Shown: piece after piece, positions 56,459-64,000 of the stretch | Layout of the letters: the number at the start of each line of letters is the position of its first letter | Numbering within the stretch: the first letter of the stretch is position 1 | DNA from: a virus | Lineage: Duplodnaviria; Caudoviricetes | Direction: 5' to 3' (one strand) | IMG/VR virus record: IMGVR_UViG_3300032167_007466 | Span: 45,290-109,289 of that record | Length of the DNA stretch: 64,000 bases | Notes under the pieces: model-generated | Databases searched by the model: none | Seen by the model: only the letters and a program-made list of their open reading frames with translations | What the model was told of the DNA's origin: nothing | Program-made: the position numbers and the translations under genes

Positions 56459-57493
56459 TTGGCATATAATGAAATAATATTGAACGGAAAGCAGAAATGT
56501 GATTATTTGTATATTCAAAATAGCGCTCCTGCTGAAGATGAATTTTCTGGTGTTAGTGATGAACCTGTTGCATGGAAGGAAACAACAACTTTATATGCAA
56601 ACTTCAACAACAGTGATGCCCCCTTGAGTGCAGGAGATTCAAATATGATTGGCTCTATTAACGGCTATGAAGTTTATAGGCGTAAATATAATGAGTCCGT
56701 TTCTGAATATGTTGGAACAATTCAAAAATCAGAAAAGAATATTAATGATTTGATGATTGATTATGCTGCCAAAAATGGAGTAGAGTATGAATATTATTTT
56801 TATCCTAATACTGATGTTTCTCAAAGCGGAAGCATTCTCTCCCCTTTTGTAACAAAACAAGTATCAATTAATTGCCCTTATTGGAGTTTATTTATTGTTG
56901 ATGAAACAGAAGAAGAGAATGTTTTTTACTTGGATAAAATGTTTAAGTTTGAACTTAACTTACAAATAGATGATATGACAAATAATACTCAAATTTCAAT
57001 AGTACCGAATTTCACTAAATATCCTACGGTTCAATATGGTTCTGCTAACTATTGGAGCGGCAGTCTTAGTTCTTTGTGTGGTTTCATTTCGGCAAACGAT
57101 GTTGATTATGTACAAAACACAAATATGATTAACGAGCTAAAGGCGATTTCTTCTGATACGAGAAGGAAGTTTTTGAAAGATATAGAGGGTAATCTGTGGG
57201 AGGTCAATGTGTCTGCTCCTTTGAATATCTCAACAACAAGCACAACATTACAAGAATTAAAAACTTTAAAATTTTCTTGGGTAGAGGTTGGCGATACAAA
57301 AGGAGTATCTATCATAAACAACCCTCAAAAAGCAGTTTCCGATTGGGTATTAACAGAATCAGGCGAAGCTCTCCCCTACTTTACATATACTTGGGACGAG
57401 CAATATAGATGGGATGATTCATATTATTGGACTGGTGAGGATAATTCTCGCGATTCACAAACTACAAACTTAGGTAGAAATATAAAAGAATAG
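56459..57493 (+). CDS. Distal-tail-like protein
   Basis: KYP.V.YG..NY.SG, KFLKD..G..W.V, W.EVG pattern; synteny. Confidence 0.6.
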   Translation: MAYNEIILNGKQKCDYLYIQNSAPAEDEFSGVSDEPVAWKETTTLYANFNNSDAPLSAGDSNMIGSINGYEVYRRKYNESVSEYVGTIQKSEKNINDLMIDYAAKNGVEYEYYFYPNTDVSQSGSILSPFVTKQVSINCPYWSLFIVDETEEENVFYLDKMFKFELNLQIDDMTNNTQISIVPNFTKYPTVQYGSANYWSGSLSSLCGFISANDVDYVQNTNMINELKAISSDTRRKFLKDIEGNLWEVNVSAPLNISTTSTTLQELKTLKFSWVEVGDTKGVSIINNPQKAVSDWVLTESGEALPYFTYTWDEQYRWDDSYYWTGEDNSRDSQTTNLGRNIKE

Positions 57494-57506
57494 GATGGTG
57501 ATATAA

Positions 57507-57815
57507 TTGAAGACTTGGGTTAATGGCACAAAAGGAAGTGTTGTTAAAAAAATTATTGATGAGAATTTTTCTATTTTGGAAAAAGGCTTATCTCAGACAA
57601 ACGGAGTCTATGTCAAGAATTTCACAGCATCCGATTGGTCTTCCGGCACAATTTTTATTAAGCAGTCGGAATACAATAAAACCACTCCTATTATAGAATT
57701 ATATATAAAGAATGATAACAGTTATTCTATGGTGCTTGGCGGTTATAGAATCACCAATTCGGGTGTTGAACTACTTTCGGATATAAACTACGAAGGCAGG
57801 GTTGTAATTCGATGA
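57507..57815 (+). CDS. Small tail protein
   Basis: In operon. Confidence 0.6.
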   Translation: MKTWVNGTKGSVVKKIIDENFSILEKGLSQTNGVYVKNFTASDWSSGTIFIKQSEYNKTTPIIELYIKNDNSYSMVLGGYRITNSGVELLSDINYEGRVVIR

Positions 57816-59053
57816 ATTTTGAAAGATACATAAAGGCTTTGTATAAGAATCCTATGAAAGCAATCAAAATAGAATGGCTGAATTATGACGAAACTGTAAA
57901 ATTTGAGTTTACAAATTCTTTATATGATATAAATGTAGATTTAAGTGTAAACTATCAAAACGGGAGTCGTAGGACTTGCACGTTAACATTAAACAATGAT
58001 AGAAATGCATTCCCTATCAACTTCAACAATATCTGGATAGGACAAAAGTTTAAATTATGGTTAGGAATATATATAGACGAGAAGACGCCCTATTACATAC
58101 CACAGGGTGTTTTTTATATTTCTAATCCAAATGAAGTATATCAGCCAGCTACAAAGACTATTAAGATTAACGGTGTTGACAAATGGGCATTTTTAGATGG
58201 AACTTTGCATGGGAAGCTATCAGGTACATATCAAACCAATATAAATAATGATTTATATGATGCTACAAGAAAGTTATTAAAACTTCCAATCAATCCATAT
58301 TCACAAAACAACAGTATTGAAGTAGTAGACCCAATTCCACCATTAATTTCACCCTATTTCTTAACGAAGACAACTAAGGTAAATGACAAAGACGTTGAAG
58401 TATGGAAGTGCCCGTATACAGCTAAAGTAGAACGTGGAAAAACATATGCAGATGTTCTATTAGAGTATGCTACAATACTTTGTGCACATATCTATTATGA
58501 CGTAAACGGCAGATTGGTTATAGAACCTATGATAGATACAGCCGATGATATTACTGACACAAATAAGGAAATTTTGTGGCATTATACAGTAGATGAAAAG
58601 AGTTTTTTAGGATTGACTCAAACATATAATTTTGACAAAATCTACAATGATATTATTGTTTTGGGCAATGTTGTAAATGGTTATCAATTTAAGGCACGTG
58701 TTCAAAACAGGAATATAATGAGCGATACTTGTGTCCAAAAAATAGGCTTGAAAACAAAAGAGCCGTTTGAGGACAACCAATATTACTCTGACGACCAATG
58801 TAAAGAATTGGCAATGTATTATGCTAAAATAGATACGATTTTACAAAAAAGCGGAGATATTTCAAGCATTCCTTTATATCATTTAGATGTCAACAAATTG
58901 GTTACGGTATCTACCCCTAACAATAATATGTCAAAAGAATTGTTTTTAATTACTGGGTTTACTCTTAATTCATCAGGTTCAATGACAGTTAATGTTACGA
59001 GTGTTAATATTCTAAAAGACTTTTCAGTTGTGGAGGTAGATGTGAATGAATGA
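57812..59053 (+). CDS. Baseplate hub/tail tip protein
   Basis: RRTC.LTL, PQGVF, DKWA.LDG, YYDVNG.L; synteny. Confidence 0.65.
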   Translation: MNFERYIKALYKNPMKAIKIEWLNYDETVKFEFTNSLYDINVDLSVNYQNGSRRTCTLTLNNDRNAFPINFNNIWIGQKFKLWLGIYIDEKTPYYIPQGVFYISNPNEVYQPATKTIKINGVDKWAFLDGTLHGKLSGTYQTNINNDLYDATRKLLKLPINPYSQNNSIEVVDPIPPLISPYFLTKTTKVNDKDVEVWKCPYTAKVERGKTYADVLLEYATILCAHIYYDVNGRLVIEPMIDTADDITDTNKEILWHYTVDEKSFLGLTQTYNFDKIYNDIIVLGNVVNGYQFKARVQNRNIMSDTCVQKIGLKTKEPFEDNQYYSDDQCKELAMYYAKIDTILQKSGDISSIPLYHLDVNKLVTVSTPNNNMSKELFLITGFTLNSSGSMTVNVTSVNILKDFSVVEVDVNE

Positions 59054-59339
59054 TAAAGAGATAGCGGAACTTATTGATTTATTGTATCCTTATTTTGTAA
59101 AAAAACTAAAGGAAGACGGAGCATTTAAAAATTGTATTAAAAGCACAAATGCAACTGTAACTTGGGTTGATACAACAAAGACAAGTAATGTTGGAACAGA
59201 AGTAAAAATAAAATTCCCATATGACACAACAGAAATTTCAGTATTGAATAAGTCGGTCTCCGAATTAAAAGTCGGAGACCTTGTTTGTGTTCATTATTAT
59301 ATAGATTTAAAAAATGCCTATGTGGCATATAAAGTTTGA
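59046..59339 (+). CDS. Small OB-fold tail tip protein
   Basis: NKS..ELKVGDLV.V. Confidence 0.55.
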   Translation: MNDKEIAELIDLLYPYFVKKLKEDGAFKNCIKSTNATVTWVDTTKTSNVGTEVKIKFPYDTTEISVLNKSVSELKVGDLVCVHYYIDLKNAYVAYKV

Positions 59340-59359
59340 TGTGAGGTGAATATAGCAAA

Positions 59360-59785
59360 ATGATAAATTTCGAAAAACAAGAATGGTATGATAAGTCGGA
59401 TAGCAGAGCTATCCCTATAAGTCCCTATAATTTGAATAGATTTGAAACTGCTATTGGTGAATGTGTGGATAGTATTAACTCTCAAACAAAAATCATATTT
59501 GGAACTTACACGGGCGACGGTGCTGAAAGTAGAACTATAGACTTGGGAGTTACACCAAAAGCGGTGATAATAGACAATTATAAACAAATAATTACAGTGT
59601 CAGGCAACAACAGGCCAAGTCAATATACCTTCACCAAACTATTTTTTAACAACGATAGGGTACAAGATGGATTTAGTGTTACGCTTGACAAATATACATA
59701 TGCTACCTCTCAAACCCAAACCCAAACTGTATACTATGGTAGTAATGTTAGCGGTACAGTTTATAATTATATCGCATTTATATAA
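59360..59785 (+). CDS. Tail fibre-like protein
   Basis: PIS..NLN..E..I N-terminus; GTYTGDG...IDLG.TPKAV; YNYIAF. Confidence 0.65.
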   Translation: MINFEKQEWYDKSDSRAIPISPYNLNRFETAIGECVDSINSQTKIIFGTYTGDGAESRTIDLGVTPKAVIIDNYKQIITVSGNNRPSQYTFTKLFFNNDRVQDGFSVTLDKYTYATSQTQTQTVYYGSNVSGTVYNYIAFI

Positions 59786-59799
59786 GGGAGGTTAATTGA

Positions 59800-60081
59800 A
59801 TGATTATATTTGAAGACAAAGGCTATCAAACAAATTCACTCTATCCAAACGAAGATTGGACGGGCGAAGCACTTTATGTAGTTGATGATAATTGCAAAAT
59901 AGCTAACAAAATCAAACAGTTATATCCTAACTATGATTTTGTTCTAGAAAATGGCGTATTAGCTGATGTTATTGGGGTTAAATGTGAAGAAACCGAAGAA
60001 ACGGAGTGCCCACCGAGCGAGATTGAGCAACTAAGAGCCGACATAGATTACATTGCAATTATGACGGGGGTAGAACTATGA
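59800..60081 (+). CDS. XkdW-like tail fibre chaperone
   Basis: EQLRADIDYIAIMTGVEL C-terminus. Confidence 0.6.
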   Translation: MIIFEDKGYQTNSLYPNEDWTGEALYVVDDNCKIANKIKQLYPNYDFVLENGVLADVIGVKCEETEETECPPSEIEQLRADIDYIAIMTGVEL

Positions 60082-60221
60082 CAGAGAAAATGACAGTATT
60101 TGAAATGGCACAAAAATATTACCCACACTTATGGTCGATTGAACGCATTGAAGCTTTATATAAAGCGGACAAGCTAACTGAAGATGAGTACAATGCTATA
60201 ATTAAAGATAACAATGAATAG
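60078..60221 (+). CDS. XkdX-family protein (not in ORF track)
   Basis: KYYP.LWS.ERI...V/L..KLTEDEY..I pattern; 47 aa. Confidence 0.7.
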   Translation: MTEKMTVFEMAQKYYPHLWSIERIEALYKADKLTEDEYNAIIKDNNE

Positions 60222-60235
60222 GAGGTCGATAGAAT

Positions 60236-61666
60236 ATGTCTTTTATTCCCAAAAATCCTTTGACAGTTCCCGAAATTGAAACACCCTCTTCTGTGCCCAA
60301 AACGGGCACAAGGGGGCTTTTTGCTGGAAAAGATGGTTGGTATGATATTGACTCTTCTGGAAAAGCGACAAAATTGGGAGCAAACGGAGAGAACAGTAGT
60401 TCAAGTGAAAAAGAAATTTTTCAAATGTCTATGAGTACGAGTGGTGATGTAATAACCTCTGATAAAACATATGCAGAAGTAAAAGAAGCATATGATAGCG
60501 GACTTATTATTGTTTTAAATTTTGAAGGAACTATGGTGTTCCCCAATATTAATTATGATAATGAAAATAAAACATTTTATATAGAAGTTTGTATAGGAGA
60601 CTGTTTCAGTGCATTTCTATTTTATGAGTCGGGTGTTATAGAAGAGCTAATAGAACGTGAACATGTATCGAAATCTGAATTAGATGTATTGCAAGATACT
60701 GTTGACTCAATAAAAAATGCCTTAGATGAAAACACCAACGAACTTTCAGGTTTAGACGTTAATATAACGGCTCATAGCTCAGATGAAGAAATGCATATCA
60801 CTTATGATGAGCGAGCATTGTGGAATACAGTATCTAACAAGGCGGAGCAATCTGACTTGGAAGACTTGCGGGCAGAGACAGATGGGTTATATACTCAAAT
60901 CTCCAACCAAGAAATTTTTACGGTATTTACAGAATCAACAATAGTCGGTAATGGGTTGTCCGTAGCCGCTACGACATATGATGATATATTAGATGCATAC
61001 AACTCTGGCAAAATCATTCGTTTTGGTATGGAAGATGGGTTTTGCGTATATCCTCTTGTTAAGTTTGATAGAACAGAAAATAGTCTATATTTTCAATATT
61101 GGAAAGATAATACTTGGTATGCATATCGTCTTCGAGACGACTTCTTCGACGCATCCATTAGTATGAAGCAGGTAGCTTGTAGCAGGTCTATGGATGCAGA
61201 TTTATACGAGCCTTTCATAGGAGAAAAGTCGGAACTTTTATTTGAAAAATCTTTGGTTAATGCAATAAATGTAAATTATAACAACATTGACACATTGCAA
61301 TCCCAGATGGTTGAAAAATCCGATGCCATTACAATTCTACCCTCAACAGAAACTATAGCAACTTTAGAAATGGTGCATAATCAAGAAGTGCGTTATGATG
61401 AAGTGGAACACTTAGAAGTAACTATAACTGTCGATAGTATTGATGAATTACCCGATGATTTTATTTCGTCAGTAGTGTTTACTTCAGGCAATGCTCCTGC
61501 AAATTTTGTTTATCCTGATGACCCTGATAATTTAGTCATTATTAAGATGAGCGGAGAAGATTGTATTGACGGCGTATTTACTCCTGTTGCAAATAAAAGA
61601 TACACCTTAATAATCAGTTATGATGGTGTATACCTAACAGGTATTGTTGGAGGTGTAAGTATATGA
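60236..61666 (+). CDS. Tail fibre/structural protein with duplicated domain
   Basis: KTYAEVKEAYDSGLII and TTYDDILDAYNSGKII repeats separated by a coiled coil. Confidence 0.65.
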   Translation: MSFIPKNPLTVPEIETPSSVPKTGTRGLFAGKDGWYDIDSSGKATKLGANGENSSSSEKEIFQMSMSTSGDVITSDKTYAEVKEAYDSGLIIVLNFEGTMVFPNINYDNENKTFYIEVCIGDCFSAFLFYESGVIEELIEREHVSKSELDVLQDTVDSIKNALDENTNELSGLDVNITAHSSDEEMHITYDERALWNTVSNKAEQSDLEDLRAETDGLYTQISNQEIFTVFTESTIVGNGLSVAATTYDDILDAYNSGKIIRFGMEDGFCVYPLVKFDRTENSLYFQYWKDNTWYAYRLRDDFFDASISMKQVACSRSMDADLYEPFIGEKSELLFEKSLVNAINVNYNNIDTLQSQMVEKSDAITILPSTETIATLEMVHNQEVRYDEVEHLEVTITVDSIDELPDDFISSVVFTSGNAPANFVYPDDPDNLVIIKMSGEDCIDGVFTPVANKRYTLIISYDGVYLTGIVGGVSI

Positions 61667-63714
61667 ATTACTTACAAAGAAAACGATATGCCCTGATGAT
61701 GAACAGGAATTTTAGAGGTACTTTAAAAACATCAATCGGAAATCCTGTAACATTAGAAAATTGTAGAAATGATTATCCTGCTAATATGACTGTTAGTGGA
61801 AACACTTATCAAGGAAATCCTGATGACAACTGTATAGATATTCTTGATGTTTATGATAACCCCGACAGTACTTTGTATAATCAATACAAATATAAGTATA
61901 TAAAACTAAAGCCTAATACTGCTTACACATTATCAACCAATGCTCCTGTAACAGAAACGAATTCAGGAACAAAAGCAGGGTTGTTTTATATTTTCTCAGG
62001 AAAGAACACTTCAACTTGGTTGTGGTCTTTCACAAGAGCAGGAGTTGCCTCAGAAAATGCACCTGCAACTTGGTGTACAGATAGTGAGGGTTATCTCACA
62101 ATAATGATATTGGTTACAGGAGGAAAGATAAACTGCACAAGAGAAAATCTTTTAGACGGAACTTATTGGGTTATGTTAAATGAGGGTGAAACTGCATTAG
62201 AATATAAACCATATACAGCATTAAGTTCTACAAATCCACAAGAACTACAGAGTTGCGGAGATATGACAGTAAATCTTGCCGACCAAGCAAATGTTTATTT
62301 AGGCACAAATAGCTCAAATAGAGTGCCTTACCCAAATAGAACATCTAAAGGGTATATATTGGACAACAGTATTAACAGAATATCTTTAATACCTTGCAAA
62401 ATTGAAGAGGGAAAAACATATACTTGTTCATATGATACAGAATATATAACAGGAGATTTACCTTGCTCGGTATTTTATATAAAAAATCCTGAAGAGGGTC
62501 TAATGCAATATCTTCAAAATGGAAAATCTTTTGTAGCAAATTTTGATGCTACCCTTTTAGGGATTTATGTATCATTAGGAGAAGGGGAAACAAATCCTAA
62601 TACAGGAGAACCTGCTCCTTTAAATCAGATAAGAATATCAGAAGTTATGCTTAATGAGGGTGATACTGCACTACCTTATGAGCCTTATGGACATTATAAA
62701 ATTCCTGTTGAGCAAAACGGAAATTTATTTAATCTTAGAGATACCACAGCAGACCACAACGGATATACTGTCTTTTCTCTTGAAGAAGAGGATTATATTT
62801 CTTTAGAAAAGGATAACAGTTCGGCAACAGGTACAACATATAGTGCCTATTATACAGAACCATCAAGTGAAATTAAACCGAGCAGATTGTACACAATGTT
62901 TGTTGAGGTAAAAGAGTTGAGCAACTGCACTTTGAGTGCGGTGACAAGTGCTTCATTAGCTTGGGCAGGTCAATTCAAAGTAGGGAAGGGCATTACATCA
63001 GCAGGTACTTATAAAATAACCGCTGTATCAAGAGAGAATTTGGCTGACTGTAAGACAATGTTGAGGACAGAAGTCTCTACCCAAGCAGGAAAAGTAGGAA
63101 AGGCAGTATTTAGAATATCTGTTTTTGAAGGTGAAATGTCCACTGCTGTTGAGGACTTTGTATACCAACCTTACTGTGATGAAGTAAAGAAGTATAATAT
63201 CTATGTCCCTAAGCAACTGTGTGGTATAAAAGGGGTTAATGATGTCGTCACACTTGATATAGAGAATAGAACGGCGGTGCTTACACGTAATTTTTCTATT
63301 TACACTATGACAAAAGATAGCATTATTCATTTTTCAGACAGTGATGCTTCTGAGGGAAAATATTTTAGTGCAGGCTTTAATATAGGTGTATTCAATAATA
63401 GAAAAGGTCTCTGTGATTATTTTAAATATTCAAGTAATTTTAAGTGGGGAACGTATTGGCACCCTGATAGCAGAACAATTATTGGTAATCTAAATTCAGA
63501 TGGAACTAAAAAATTTACAAGTGTTGATGAATTTAAAGAATGGATTGGTGATAAAATAATTCATTTTTATATTCAAACAGTAGAGCCTATTGTAGAAGAT
63601 ATTTCAGATATTCAAGATTGGGATAGTATTTCTAAGTTAAATCAAGGTATAAATATAATCACCATTGAAAGTACTGAAAGACCGTCAGATGTAGAAGTAA
63701 AATATTATACTTAA
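61663..63714 (+). CDS. Receptor-binding/tail fibre protein with tandem carbohydrate-binding-like modules
   Basis: Modules end MLNEGETALEYKPY, MLNEGDTALPYEPY and VFEGE..YQPY. Confidence 0.65.
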   Translation: MNYLQRKRYALMMNRNFRGTLKTSIGNPVTLENCRNDYPANMTVSGNTYQGNPDDNCIDILDVYDNPDSTLYNQYKYKYIKLKPNTAYTLSTNAPVTETNSGTKAGLFYIFSGKNTSTWLWSFTRAGVASENAPATWCTDSEGYLTIMILVTGGKINCTRENLLDGTYWVMLNEGETALEYKPYTALSSTNPQELQSCGDMTVNLADQANVYLGTNSSNRVPYPNRTSKGYILDNSINRISLIPCKIEEGKTYTCSYDTEYITGDLPCSVFYIKNPEEGLMQYLQNGKSFVANFDATLLGIYVSLGEGETNPNTGEPAPLNQIRISEVMLNEGDTALPYEPYGHYKIPVEQNGNLFNLRDTTADHNGYTVFSLEEEDYISLEKDNSSATGTTYSAYYTEPSSEIKPSRLYTMFVEVKELSNCTLSAVTSASLAWAGQFKVGKGITSAGTYKITAVSRENLADCKTMLRTEVSTQAGKVGKAVFRISVFEGEMSTAVEDFVYQPYCDEVKKYNIYVPKQLCGIKGVNDVVTLDIENRTAVLTRNFSIYTMTKDSIIHFSDSDASEGKYFSAGFNIGVFNNRKGLCDYFKYSSNFKWGTYWHPDSRTIIGNLNSDGTKKFTSVDEFKEWIGDKIIHFYIQTVEPIVEDISDIQDWDSISKLNQGINIITIESTERPSDVEVKYYT

Positions 63715-63733
63715 TCAAAAGGAGTGATAACAG

Positions 63734-64000
63734 ATGAAGGATTTCTATAAAGTTAAAAATGGTATTTTAGTTAAGTTTAAAGCTCGGTATATAAAACATA
63801 ACAATAAAGTATACTCTAACCCAACAGAGGAACAGCTTCGTCTTGCTGGATGGAAAACAGCTGTATTTTCTGACAAACCAGAAGATGGTATGGACTACTA
63901 TTATACTGCTGTATATGATGATAGTGGAGATGAAATAGTACAAACTTGGGAAAAGCAAGAGATTGTATATGATGAATTTTTAGAAGAACTAACTGGTTAA
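63734..64000 (+). CDS. Hypothetical tail-associated protein
   Basis: NPTEEQL..AGWK; stop at the window end. Confidence 0.6.
   Translation: MKDFYKVKNGILVKFKARYIKHNNKVYSNPTEEQLRLAGWKTAVFSDKPEDGMDYYYTAVYDDSGDEIVQTWEKQEIVYDEFLEELTG

Noticed and set aside
59360-63714. Diversity-generating retroelement or invertible tail-fibre shufflon
   Set aside because: No reverse transcriptase, template/variable repeat pair or inverted fibre cassettes seen within this window.

Overview
A 64-kb, AT-rich piece of a large SPbeta-like siphophage or prophage, probably from a clostridial Firmicute host (inferred from gene content and sigmaA/GGAGG signals). The left arm (274-12054, minus strand) has an intact tyrosine recombinase and about 35 small early/accessory genes. 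Many of their boundaries carry a 16-bp 5-6-5 imperfect palindrome. After an AT-rich strand-switch region (12530-13600), the plus strand encodes a YonO-type single-subunit RNA polymerase, a metallophosphoesterase, HU, tRNA-Glu, structured ncRNAs (one large and ROOL/GOLLD-like), a tRNA lacking its anticodon arm, a second tyrosine recombinase and a head-tail-lysis module. Two group I introns can be placed to the nucleotide from their P1/P10 pairings. One is in the terminase large subunit and carries a LAGLIDADG gene. The other is a 2.2-kb intron in the tape measure gene with no recognisable homing endonuclease. It hides an antisense, sigmaA-driven three-gene operon plus a sense-strand paralogue of that operon's last peptide, which makes it the best candidate here for an undescribed defence/counter-defence system. 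A recurring 12-bp motif, GAGAATAATATA, is a candidate promoter for the phage RNA polymerase. No database searches were run; family names come from motif recognition and synteny.
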